DNA from: the human T2T-CHM13v2.0 reference genome, Homo sapiens
Direction: 5' to 3' (one strand)
Assembly: GCF_009914755.1 (NCBI RefSeq)
Contig: NC_060925.1
DNA: 64,000 nt
A program made the position numbers and the translations under genes. Under the pieces are notes generated by a model. It saw nothing but the letters and a program-made list of their open reading frames with translations. It was not told the DNA's origin and did no database searches. Shown one piece after another: positions 51,886-64,000 of this stretch; the stretch's first letter is position 1, and each line of letters opens with the position of its first letter.

Positions 51886-54800
51886 GGAAGAATTAAGGAG
51901 AAAAGGAAGTCTTTAGATTTTCCCTAGAGTGTGACTCAGAACTGGGACAAAAGCTAATTTGGTGAAGTGCATTTGAGGAAAATCAGGTGGGAAAAAAAGA
52001 GACGATAGAAATAGAGGTGAGAGAGTGCAGCCAGCAGCCCATTTCTGAGTGTCCCTGAAAGTCTCAGAACGAGCCAGAAACTGATCTCTCTGACCTTTAT
52101 CCAAGTGTTGGAACACATTGCCCTGTGGTTTGAAAGCCCACTCTGAAGCTCTCCTTCCAGCCTTTAGTAAACTAAGGGAGGCAGACAATTAGGGGAATGC
52201 TTTGGATCTGATCTCCTGGCTGCCGATTTCACCGAGATCCACACTTTGAAGTACTGGGGATGTCAGTTACATAAGGTTATATGGCATTTTCTTCTATGCT
52301 GGGGCAAGGGGAGGAGGAGGGAAGGAGAGCACCTATTAGCTCAAGAGAGCTACTGCACAAGCTGGTGCTCAGCAAGAGCCCAGTGCTGCCTTCCCTTGCC
52401 ACACACACATCTCTTCCAAATGTGCCCTGACGTTGCATTCTCCATCCCAAACAGGACACCTGGAGAAAAATGATTTTGTGGCTAGCTCTGTTTTCAATAC
52501 CGTGGAACGTTTGGCAGCATGGTGATCCATCACCAGCTTTTTTTTTTTAAACCTTCAAGATGGCCACTTGCCTTTTTTATCAGCAAGTTTGCATGCGTTT
52601 TGCTACTTACTGTCTCTTGAGGCCAAGTTTTTTTCCCCCTGATTTTTTGCCATCTGTGCCATATTTTTAAAGAGTTTTTCTCCTCTAATCCCTTCTTTGA
52701 TGCCAGGAGAAGCAATACCAATGGACTGGAGATATTCCAAAGCTTAATGTACAGGGACCAGCTAAAAACCTCAACAACATTACTTCACACACATTCTCTC
52801 TCTTTCGTTTTTGCAAGTGGGCATGTGATAGGGGCCACAAGAGAAGATAAATAAAGCTCACAATTCAACAGGGCTGGCAGGCTACCTGCTCTTGAAACAT
52901 AAATCAGGAGGCCCAGGGTCCTGGCTGCTGCCTACAGTCCCAGGGAGACATGATTTTCCCAGTCATTTGGAATGGCCAAACCTACAAGTCACAATTTCAA
53001 GGAAGACAGGTTAAAACCTCACATTTTCCTTGGGCTTTGACCTTTGGCTAAAGTCAGGAGCTATGAACTCTGTGAAGCTTAAGACTCATCTACTTTTTAA
53101 GAAAACTTAGAAGACTGCTTTAACCCACACAGTTACTCAATGGGACAGGAACAGTGAGGAACACAAGCAAGGGCCAAGCCAATTAGAAATCGATTAATTA
53201 ATTAAAAAGAAAAAAACAACTCCAGAAGTCAGCATCCCATCCTCTAGAGATCCTGGCTTACTTTGTGCCTAGAGAACACTTGGTAACTATTGTCCATTTT
53301 TAGGTCTTGTTAAATCAAAAATAAAGCAATCCATCTTCAGTAAGTTTGTAGAAATATATTCATCTCATGCAAAAAAAAAAAAATCTGTAGAACTCTTCTT
53401 TTCCCCTTAAATTATGTGGTAGAAAGAAGCTGAGACTAAGAAACAGCAACATCCACCAAATAGCTCTGTGGTCTTGGAAAAATCATTTAAAGTCTCTGGA
53501 TCTTCACTTTTCAATTGATAAATTACATGAGTTGGAAAAATGACATAATTCTATATTAGGGGCATACATTTCATGGAGTTCCCTTAGAGATGGGGGTTGA
53601 ATTGGTATGGAAAATAGGGTCTGAACACTGGAACCCAAATTTGATAAGACTAAGGAAATTTATGCATTTTTTCTTTTCTTTTTATCCCTACTTTTGTACA
53701 TTTCTACTTCTTGCTTCCAACTGGGAGAATCAATTCTATGACCACATGAAAGTCTCATTAAGCACAATATCTCAGGCCACTTTGGTAGTTCATAAAAGAC
53801 AACCAAAGTTTTAGTTCTGTCTACATGAGGCTACCAGGCCAAACTGGAACTGAATGTTCTAATTTGTATTGAATTATTTGCCAAGCAAATATGGAGCTCT
53901 TTTGATGTAAACAGGAGTGTTCACACCAACACAGTTTCTAGCAGCAGGCAGGCAAGCCAGATCCAACTTGGATTCTGCCTGTTTCCAGTAGCTCTTCATT
54001 AATGTTGATGTAAGTCAGTCCAGCTTGCTCCTGTGGGATGTTCAAGGTTCACCATCATTGGTTTTCAGTGTATTGTATCAAAGTCCAAGGCTGTGGGACA
54101 CACGACTTCCTGAACAAGGCTGGGATCTGAGAAAAGGCTCTGTCTGGGCGCTAGGGTGTATAGAATGCTTATACCATGACATAAAGATGGCCATAATCCT
54201 GGAATTATATTCTGAGAATTAATCAATATTTACTGAGAACCTATCCTAGGTGCTGGGATAGCACTGATGACTTTCTGGATGTAGTATTTGTCTGTTTCAA
54301 GTTTTCCCATAGTGTCTAGATTTTCAATCAATTTTATCAAGCAAACCGGCCACTGTTCCACCTTCATGAAGAACAGTAACTGAGATGGTTTCCTTTCTAG
54401 CATTTGTGGCAACTCCTTACAAGGACATGCTGAGGTCACTGTTGAACAAGCAACTGATATCTGACTTTGGTTAGGGGGTCTAGATGTCAGTATTTCTCTT
54501 TACACAGATCCCCAGGATTCTCTTCCCAACTGAAGTGGGAATGGTAAACAGATCAGTTAAAAAATTTAAAAGACACAAATATAAAATGAAACGAGTATTC
54601 TTTAGTATTTTATAGCACTCATACTGAATGTTCACTGGCTCTCTGGCACATGCGGGCACTGACTGACAGTTGGTGTTAATGATAGCACATCCATTTCTTG
54701 GGAACTGGGCTTCCTAGAGGCCTCCTGTGTAAGGGCTGCCTGGGGCTCAAGAACTGGCCCTGACATTTTGGCAGTGGTGCTGAAGAAAAGCTGTCTCTCA

Positions 54801-56441
54801 CTCCGAGGTTTTTCAGTCCATAAACCAGCAGCAATTTGGTTGTGGAAGACCCCGGCAGAAATAACAAGAGAAAATTGAAAACACATAAGCACATTTGCCG
54901 GGTTTAATAGCCCTGCTCCCTCTCTCTACCTCCGGTACCTTAGGCATAAATTGCTGACCTCTATTTAATTTTCTGAACTGCAAGAATTATGGGCCCAAAG
55001 TTCAGTGAATTGGAAGAGGTAAGCTTTTATGCCTCTGAGCCAGCTTCCCCATAAGCATTAAATCTACAAATAAAAGCAACATTTCTATTTATACTTCCTG
55101 GGGTTTGTGTATTAGGGAAGCCAAGCACGTCCCTGCAGCTCTGCGAAGGTGACTGCATGGTCAAATCTGCGTCCAGGTAATGTGACGGAGCTTTCCCATC
55201 TGGGCCAGAGGAAACAACCAAAGCAGATGGACAAGAGATATTAAAAATAACACACGCAATTTCATTCGGAAAAAGGCACCTGCTTAAACAGTGTTTGTTT
55301 GATTCTCCTTCTGGCCGTGGGTAACAAATGTGTGCCAGGGGAAGTCTTACGTGTATACCCTTCCTGGGTACTCACCTTTAATCACAACAAGGGCCAAAAG
55401 GCAACCCAGCTTCCTGTCCCCACATGGTGTGGGTCAACGCAGCATCACTCTCTCACTTCAGACGCAGTAAGGGTGTGATTCTGGCTGCTTCCAGGCATGC
55501 CTGACACTCACACAGCCACGTCATGTCATGTTTTTTATGTGGCCTGACCTGACTTTGTTCTCGGCTCCCTAGATCCACCTCTGCCTCTGTGTCTGTCTCC
55601 ATCTCTGATGCTCAGCATCAGTATAATCACTCAATTCCACACACACCTATTGCCCACCCCCTGTGGGCACCCTGCACTAGGCTTCCAGCCCCCCTGCTCA
55701 CTCTAGATTTGCCCATGGCAATCTTGTGGGTGGTTCACAGTGAGGCACATCAGGATTGTTGAGGTTTCTATTTGATTCCTCTCTGCAGCCCCTCTGCCCT
55801 TCCTCAGGGTCATTCTTTGCTTGCTTTGTAACTCAAAACTTTCCCTTATTCCTGTCAAAGCTTTGGTTTTCTACTCCTTTCCTCCTGCCTGTGTCCTGCA
55901 AAACAAATTCTGAACATGGTGTAGGTAAGCCTATGAGCCTCCCTCTTCAGGGGTGAACTTTGCACATTGCCAGAGGCTTTCTGGAAATAACACCTCAATC
56001 CAAAGGTGTGAGTCAAATGCTAAGAATTTTAGGCACCTTGGCAGAGTGTTGAAGAAATTATTTTGGGAGCAAGTACATGGTTCTGCTTGAAATATTCCCT
56101 GTGACTCTGTCCATAGATTCTGCCTTGGCAAAGGACTAGGTCACGGTCACCATCACCATAAGCCATTTTATTGAAGCTGAGCCCATAGTGCTGGACAACT
56201 GAAAGGTCTTCAGCTACTGCTGAGATACTAAGATAAGTGTTTTGTTTCTTCAGACCACTCCTTCTGGATCTATTTGTTATTCAACTGTAGTGCTATTTAA
56301 ATTACTTTTCTTTGACCAACTAGCTGGAGGCGTGAGGATGTTTTGTACCTCCTCCCTGCCACTTCTACAGCCATGGTTATACCTTCATAAACACTCGTCA
56401 CCTAAAACTTCCTTCTACATGGATTCTGCCTTTGCCTACAG

Positions 56442-56598
56442 CAGCATTTCTCAATCTTGAATGTACCTATCACTTGAAGAGCTTGTGAAAATGCAAATTC
56501 TAATTCAGTGGAATGGCCCTCGATTCAGCAATTTTAACAAGCTGTCAGGTGATGCTGATGGTGCTGCTCTCTGGACCACACTTTGAACAGAAAGGGTG
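56442..56598. mobile_element. MER5A-like
   Basis: tttctcaa...ttttaacaagc...caggtgatgctgatg...ggaccacactttga. Confidence 0.82.
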
Positions 56599-56604
56599 TA
56601 GGCC

Positions 56605-56911
56605 TATGCTGTCCAACAGAGCAGCCACTAGCTGCACGTAGCTATTGAGTTCTTGAAATGCTGCTAGTCTGAACAGAGACTTGCCATAGTGTAAAATACA
56701 CACCAGATTTTGCAGACTTAGCTCATATAAAAGAATGTAAACTGTCTCATTAATCATTTTTAAATGTTGACTTACATTTTGAAATGATAATATTTTGGAT
56801 ATACGTATTTGATTATACAAAATTTTTATATAATGTTTCTTTTTACTTCTTCTAAAATATGGCTAATAGAAAATTTAAAATTATACAAAGGGCTATTATT
56901 GGATAGCACTG
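56605..56911. mobile_element. MER33-like hAT-Charlie
   Basis: gctgtccaacaga...tgtaaaatacacaccagatttt...ttggatagcactg. Confidence 0.85.
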
Positions 56912-57939
56912 ATCTGGAGAACCGTACCCACAGGAAGCAGTAGGGAAAAGTAGCTTCTGTCAGAATTATCCCATGTTCTGGTACCTCCTAGCATTTCTCC
57001 CCTGTCACCCCAGGATATTGGATTCCCATTAGCTCCCTGCCTGTTTTTCCCAGGTTCTAATGTTAGAGTCTGAGTTGACTGCTAATTTCTCTGTGTTCTC
57101 TGGGCCCAGCCTACTCATTTGCTTCTATTCCAGTCCCGACCTCTCTCAGTATCCATGATCCCTAGCTTCCCACAGCCTCAGCAAGACAGTGGTTAAAATC
57201 TGCCCAGATTGGAAGAGCAATTCTGGCTGCCTAGAACAGGAAAAGAATGTATTGTAAGGATCGGCTGCCTTTAGATAAGAAAGAGGTAAGAAAATAATGA
57301 ACACATTTGAAGATATTTGATAACAGATAGAATAGGCTCACAACTAGGAGGGAATCATCTTACTTAGGACTGCTAACTACAAGAAAGCCAATATCAACAT
57401 GAGCTGTGGCTAGTCTGAATGGAGTATATGAGAGGTGTGTGCTTGAGAGAAGCAATGCGGTTTATCTCTGAGAGTAGCAAGAGTTCCAGATTCAGAGCAG
57501 CTTTCTCATGGGTATCCATTTCTAATGGAGACTCCTAAAACTTTGTGAATCATGTGCTTCAACTGGAAGTATATAGAGATGTGGCTTTGAGGGTATCTTG
57601 AAAGAAGAATGAAGGAGAAGAAGGAAGGTTAGCAAACAGTTGGAATAGAGATGCTTAGCTCTGGGAATCCTGCTTGAACTACACTCAAATCCTTTGCAAA
57701 TTGCTGAATGTCTTGCTTACTGGGGTGCGAGAGGATCCAAAATTACTCTTCCCTGTGTTCCTTGTGCTCTGGTTCCCATCAGGAATTAGAGAACCAGAGG
57801 GAGACTGTAGAAGGTTGCAATACAAAATAGAGAGTGCCAAGGAATGAATCAGCTTCCTACAGGGTGGAGAAAAATGGGAAGAAGGAAGCAAAAAAGAGGT
57901 AAAGGATAAAAGAATAAAATGTGCGAAAAAAGTGTCCTC

Positions 57940-58240
57940 AGAAGAAAGGGGCATGTTCTCTTCTCCTTTCTTCCTTACTGCTGGCTAGAATGTGGATGTG
58001 ATAGCTGGAGCTCTAGTAGCCATGTTGCACTATGAGGCAGAAGCATGTGTTGAGGTTGTAGAGCAAAAAGAGAGAGGGAACCCAGATTCCAGATGACTGG
58101 GAAGCCCATACCCACCCTATTTTGCTAACCTCTAGATTTCATTTTTGTAAGAGCGGAATTCGACATTTTCTACCACACTTTCTCTACTACTTTTTTGAGT
58201 TTGCTCTCCTTTACAGATAACTAACTGTACTGATAACAGA
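57940..58240 (+). mobile_element. MaLR LTR fragment (MLT1J-like)
   Basis: gaatgtggatgtgatagctggagctc...gccatgttg. Confidence 0.65.
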
Positions 58241-58409
58241 GACATAATACACAAATAGCTTGGGAAAAGGAGTGTGGTATCCTAAAGGCACATGAGAGAT
58301 GTGGGGGCCAGTATTCTGGTTTCTTCTGAGAACAGGTTTTTACAGGAGACAGAGAGCAGAAGAGCACCAGGCCAGAGGAAGAGGGTGCAGTGTGGGGCCA
58401 GAGAAGCAG

Positions 58410-58640
58410 TATCTATAGCAGCTATGAGAATGGGATCAGACAGACCTAGTTCTAATCTCAGTGATATCACATACTAGCCATGTGGGCTTGGAAAAGTTTG
58501 TGTCACTTCTCTAGTCCTCTAGTTTTCTCATGTATATATTGGGGCTAAGAGTAATTCTTGCCTTTCATATTTTTGTGAGGAATATATGAGATATTGCACA
58601 AATAGTGCTTATCATAGGGCCTGGCACAGAGTAAGTGCTG
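58410..58640 (+). mobile_element. MIR
   Basis: atcagacagacctagttctaatc...gcctggcacagagtaagtgct. Confidence 0.75.
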
Positions 58641-59121
58641 CCTGTCACTATGTGAAAGTGAAGGCAGGAAGCCCCAGGACATGTTCCACTTTGTGCCTTC
58701 GATTTTGATGGTCTCCTGACAAGTGCTTTTTTAGAACCTCACACTGTAACGTCCCAGGGAAAACATACATGGCTAGCATCTCAGCTGATGGAAGAAGCTC
58801 TCTGCTCCTCACTAATTAAGCTAATTAACAATTCATCATAACAGCCTGTGAGGTTTCCCTGTCACGGGTATCTCTACTCACAAAAAAATAATAGCATCAT
58901 TAGCAACAACCTGTCAGGAAAACAAGGCACAAAGTTCTGAGGAAGCAGTCACTTACTTGCTTTGTCTAATGTTTTCTTTTCTCTCTCTGGAAAGAATAAC
59001 AAGTTGTGAGAAAGATATTTTGCCCTGGACTGCTAGGTAGGGTCCGGGTGAGCTTTTCTGCACTCCTCTTAAAAGTAATGACTGTAATAATAATGACAGT
59101 AACAACATTGATGCTGAACAA

Positions 59122-59616
59122 CATGTTCAGTTATCTGTTGCCACAATCATGCTACATAACAATCTTATACAAAACCTCACTGACACACATGGTATAGATT
59201 TATTTAGCTCATGAGTCTGTGGGGTTTAGGTGATCTGACTTGGCTGACCTTGGCTAGACTAGTTCATGCTTCCAAGGTTGGCTGCAGGTTGGCTGAGTGG
59301 CTCTGCTGATCTAGGTTAGATTTGGTTACCTGTGTGGGCATTGGCTAGATCTAGAAAGGCCTCAACTGGGATGACCAGGAGCACTCCTTACTGTTCCATG
59401 GTTCTCATTCTCCAGCAGGTTAACCTGGGCATCTTCTCAAGACCATGGCAAAGCAGCAAGAGAAAGCATGCCCAATCTTGCATGCACTTTTCAAGCATCT
59501 GCTTGGTCACATTTGCTAACATCCCACTGACCAAGCCCAGAGTCCGAGTGGGAGGGCATAGCAAAGTCCAATCCAGGAAAGAGTAAAGAATTGGAACCAT
59601 GAAGCAATACACCACA
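59122..59616 (-). mobile_element. MaLR LTR (MLT1H-like) inserted in a MIR
   Basis: agttatctgttgc start; tctcattctccagcagg; tttgctaacatcccactgaccaa; ccaca end. Confidence 0.8.
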
Positions 59617-59629
59617 AATGGCATTGGAT

Positions 59630-59830
59630 ATGTAGGCTCTACACGGGCACTGTGCTAAGCTCTTGTCACATATTATCTCATTTAATCAGTTCATAACCCT
59701 ATGAGAGAGGTACAATTATCATTCTGATTTTGAGAATGAGGCCTGAGGCTTAGGGCATAGACATAGCATTTGGTAGAGTTCTGTGTGAACCTTAGTTATT
59801 TAATTCCAGAGCCCATGCATTCAGCCTTCA
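59630..59830 (-). mobile_element. MIR
   Basis: ggcactgtgctaagc...attatctcatttaatc...aaccctatgag. Confidence 0.8.
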
Positions 59831-60485
59831 TAACATACTTTCTCCATTCATGGCCCCATTGAGGTAGACCAGATATTTTCCTAGAGATTTGTTTTCTAAA
59901 GGAAACTTTCTTTATAGATTCTCCTAGACCTGGCTAATAATGAAGGGTAAGCATGTTGTTGAAATAATTTTGTACTCTAATTGCTCCTTTGCTCTGAGTA
60001 TACATGGTATGGATTTAATTCTGTTCCCCAGGGCTGACTCAATGGACACCCACTGGTTGCTCCCCAGCCCTACTCCTCTCAAGGCAGTGGACAAGGCTCA
60101 CGTGTTAGAAAGTGAAGGTACTGAAATGTCATCATCTATGCTGTACCATCTTGCAACTCTGTATCCAATGCTTTCTAATTAGTCCCTTAAGACTTTAGTT
60201 CCTTTCACGCCAATTCATCTGGCATGTATTTTAAATGGGTCCTCTGAAGACAACAGATGCTCAATAAATTCTATACTCTGACATGTTTTAAAATTCCTAC
60301 ACATGTGCCTGGCGCATCAAAGAAGGTGTACAGAATGGAATAGACCTTGCACCTTGTCCATGCACCAAGTCCTCTGTTCTAAAACTTATTTTCCTTCTTT
60401 GTTGAGCAGTTAAGGAGCCAAGTCTTTTGACTTTTGGCTGAAAAGAGAAAGTAAACAAGATGTCCGTTTCAAGGCAGTAGGTATG

Positions 60486-60487
<2 letters not shown>

Positions 60488-60533
<46 letters not shown>

Positions 60534-60545
60534 ACGTGTGTGTGT
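60488..60545. repeat. (GT)n microsatellite
   Basis: Read directly. Confidence 0.98.
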
Positions 60546-61044
60546 TAACGCTGTGACCTCTGGGACCCTGGCCCTGATACTCAGACCCATAATGTCATCT
60601 TGATCTTTCTGCCTTTTACCCTCTTGGCTACTTGGACTTCTGTTGCTTCTTTCATCTCCACCCACCCCTGCATAATTTAATCTCATGTTTCATGGATTCC
60701 TTCTTCTACTGGAGTTATGTGTCCTGAATCCAACCATTCAGCCAGACCTACTATATTTCTCTCTCTTTCTCTCTCTCCCTCTCTCTCTCCTTTGAGACCC
60801 TGAAAAGCTTTAAGGAAGACTCTCACCTCAACTCTGCTTATTCACCTTCTCAATATAGTAATCCAGAGTGTTACAAACCTTGTTTTGACCTCATGATTTC
60901 TCACCTTCTCTTCCTACCATTTCATTCTGTTCATACACACTCTCAAGTGTCAGGATTACCTCTTCCAAATCTCCCCTTTCTCCTTTCCCATTCACTTCCC
61001 CAACAGTTGGGATGGACCCCAGGACCATCACTCTTCACATGTCT

Positions 61045-61260
61045 TGAGCATGTGTTAGGTGTCAGGAGTGAACCAAGCACTTCACATTTATTTTATTTAA
61101 TCTTCACAACCACCAGTGTGGTCAGTGCTGTACTTTCTCCATGTATAGAAGTGGAAATGAAGATGTGGGGAGGTGAAGGCATTCATCCAAGGTCACATTG
61201 AGAGTAGATGACAATGCCAGGCTCTAGAACCACATCAGAATCATGCCAAGGTCTGTGCCT
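61045..61260 (-). mobile_element. MIR
   Basis: agcacttcacat...tttaatcttcacaac...ccaaggtcaca. Confidence 0.7.
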
Positions 61261-62207
61261 TGATCCACTCTTCCAATTCAGATTTCTTCCTGAAGTCAAA
61301 CCAAGTTAGATTTTCCTCTGAACAAGGTCTCATGATTGCTTTTAGAGAGGAGGGGGAGAAATGGAACGTATAACCTTTCTCCGTTTCTTTTTTGTTTCTC
61401 TCAGTTTTCTTCAGTCTCTTTCTTCATTCCTTTCCCCATCTCCACCCATGGTGGCCCAAGTTTCCTCAGCAGAATTCACACTCAGGCAATCTCCTTTAAA
61501 AGTTTCTTTGCCTCATCACTAGACAATATCCCACAAATTCAAGCCACCTATAAACCCTACTGCCAGCTCTTCATTCATGGGTCTTTAAAAGGCAGACTCA
61601 TAAAAGAAGCCAGCTGAGATCCTGGTTCTGACAGTCTTATAGCCTGTTTTTGCTTGGCCTCACAGATTTAAAAAGTTTTGGTTAAAATTATGGCTGTTGA
61701 CATAACCTTTAAGGATTATCCCTCAGATTCATGATGAGGCTTCAGTCATCTCTGAGCCCTTTTCCTTTCACCCACATGCTAATTCCATGGCTGGTTCTAA
61801 GGCTCACATACTGATGAGTGAAACGGAGATTCAAGTTTAATAGGTGCTAAGTAAAGTCTTTTATTTCCCTTCTGGATAATCCCCTCACCAAACCCTTTCA
61901 TCCAGTTCAAATGCCTGGGTGCTGGTGCAGTTAGGCAGACGAGAATCATTCTGACAGCAGAGCTTAAATGACTCAGGAGTCGCTCCAATTTCCTCATCTG
62001 GCTGCCAGGATTTGTATGGAACGTAGGGTATGAGCTGGGGCTGAATAAATTGTATGGGGTCCAGCCAGAGAGGCGGTTGCCAGGGGCAGGTTGAAGGCAC
62101 ATGAAGTGAAGCACAGGCTCATGTCATGGTGGCCTGATCCAGCAGGAGCCACAGATGCCACCCTCAGCAGAGGAAATCCCTTACACATGGCCTCTATTCC
62201 TGTTTAG

Positions 62208-62330
62208 TTCTACAAACATTTACTGTGGCTCCTATTTTGTTGTCCCGGCTCTGTTCTAGGCCCTAGGGACATACAGCTAAATAAGGGAAGGTCTACCCCA
62301 TTAAGTGGCTCACAGTCTGGGGTGGAGGGA
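62208..62330 (-). mobile_element. L2 3' end
   Basis: caaacatttactg...ctgttctagg...gctcacagtctgg. Confidence 0.7.
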
Positions 62331-63064
62331 AGACCTCTAGAAAGAGAAAGGAATGTTCAAGGTGCTGGTTATGACTCCAGCTGAGTGTCATGTGATTTTT
62401 TTTTTCCTAACAAGCTATAGTATGCTTTGGGCATATGAGTAGGAGATTTGTGCACTAGGAAGTGGGTGCTGCTACCCCAATAAAACACTCTTCCTCCTGG
62501 GCCAGCAAAGATCCCTTTGGACACCTGATCTTCTGCCCTTTTCCCACGGGGAATCCACTTTGGTCCTGTTCCATTCTCAGGAGAACTCATGCTGGATGGA
62601 AAGTCACAGAACATTTTGCTGTGGCCATGCATTGCTTTCAGGTCTAGCCTTGGCTGAGCCTGATGCTGAAAGGAGAAGTGAGGATCAGTTAGCCATTTGC
62701 TATTCAAATAGTATTTGTTTTCATTGTCTCTTGGAAAGCTGTGGGTACTGTTCCAACCTTTGTATCCCCTTTCTGATCTTAGTCTGCTGGGAAGGACTCC
62801 ACCTTCTTTATTAGCAAGAAGAAGAAAGGGAGGGACCATTTGCTTCTCTCTAGGAATTTCTTTTCCTCAATGGTCAAAATTTCTCATGGTTTCATACTTG
62901 TTTTTTCAGATCTCTGGGAATACACAAATAATAAGACACAAGTACCATCCTCAATTGCTGTGCAGGGTCATTGGGTAGAAAGACGTAACTGTAGGTAAAC
63001 TGCAAGACATTGCAATAAATGGTATTTTGGAGGCTTGAATAAAGAGCTACTGGGGCTACCTACA

Positions 63065-63390
63065 TAAGCTGTTCCCTTTCTAGAAATGCCCTTCACTTGA
63101 AAACTCCTTGTCTTTGTTTAAGACCCTGCTCAAAAATCACTCTGTCTTTGAAATGCCCTTGATTACTGCGTGAAGAGTTGATTGCTTTATTCTTAGTGCC
63201 TAGCAGTGCTTCATTTGAAATTCTGAGATAGCACTGATAGCAATGTCTTACAATTTATACACTCTGTGTCTTTCTCCCTAATGTATCTGTGAGGCAATCC
63301 AGAGCGGTGCTAGTATGTCATTACTGGTGTAGCCCCAGAATCTACAGTGGTGGCTGGTATCTAGAAGGGCTCAACTTATGCTTCCTGGAA
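63065..63390 (+). mobile_element. L2 3' region
   Basis: gctgttccct...gaaatgccctt...aactcct...ttaagaccctgctcaaa. Confidence 0.65.
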
Positions 63391-64000
63391 GATTAGGTAA
63401 AGCCACAATGACTTAACTTTCTTTTCACTCAAGATCTAGTTCAAAGGGCAAGATGAGGCCAAAATGTTGAGTTGAGATGTCTCAGTACCATACACTAAAC
63501 TCTGAGTCATGTGACCAGATAACCTAACCTTCTCAATTCAGCCAAGTAAAGTGAGAGCTCCAACACCCCCCAGCAGAGTGCATGTGTAGCATTTTATGGA
63601 AATCATCTCCCACCAGAGACAACTAGAGCCTCCCCACCATGGCTTCTGAGTTCTTACTGGCTTACCTCAAGAAGTTCTCAAATCCTATGTTGATCCTGGC
63701 CTCTGTAACCAACATTTTTCAGTGATAATTTGAGGCACATTATGTGGCATTTGGGGCTAAGAACCAGAGTCAATGATTGGAGTTTCAAGATCTATAATCT
63801 TGGACACTGTTCTCTACTTATTTTTTCAGTAATGGGAGCTCAATGGAACTGAGTAAATGGCTGCTTGAGCAAGGATAAGCTTCCTGGATGATATTTAGAA
63901 AAGTGATCACTTGATAGAATGTGCTCTATACATCTGTGTATATATAGGGGACACACAGTTCTAACCACTATTGAGGAGCATGTGCTTCAGCTTTATCTCC

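Noticed and set aside
62369-62839. 156-aa minus-strand ORF outside obvious repeats (also the 129-aa ORF at 25018-25407)
   Set aside because: No recognisable domain or coding-like composition; lengths are compatible with chance in 64 kb. PhyloCSF or Ribo-seq would be needed to revisit.

Overview
Primate (most likely human) non-coding genomic DNA, intronic or intergenic. I found no protein-coding exon, RNA gene or CRISPR array that I can support, and I cannot name the locus. A large share of the window is interspersed repeat: Alu/FLAM (several with clear target-site duplications), many old MIR and L2 fragments, MaLR/ERV solo LTRs (MLT1, MST, THE1, MLT2, MER34-like), hAT DNA transposon relics (Charlie4-like, MER5, MER33, MER81) and L1. 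The two longest ORFs over repeats, and several others in the track, are Alu or L1 read-throughs. The most informative structure is a ~7 kb nested L1 cluster (28.6-35.6 kb). It holds a classic twin-primed (5'-inverted) L1PA with TSDs, a possible short 3' transduction, and a small chimeric L1+Alu insert that looks templated from the neighbouring inverted L1. Non-repeat oddities include a ~100-nt hairpin at 12.83-12.93 kb, a cluster of short hairpins at 1.93-2.15 kb, a 16-bp palindrome fused to a 5-unit quasi-palindromic tandem array at 50.86 kb, several repeat-poor motif-dense blocks (candidate enhancers) and two candidate microexons. The sequence alone does not support a new biological system. 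Repeat subfamily names come from remembered consensus sequences, and boundaries of old repeats are approximate.
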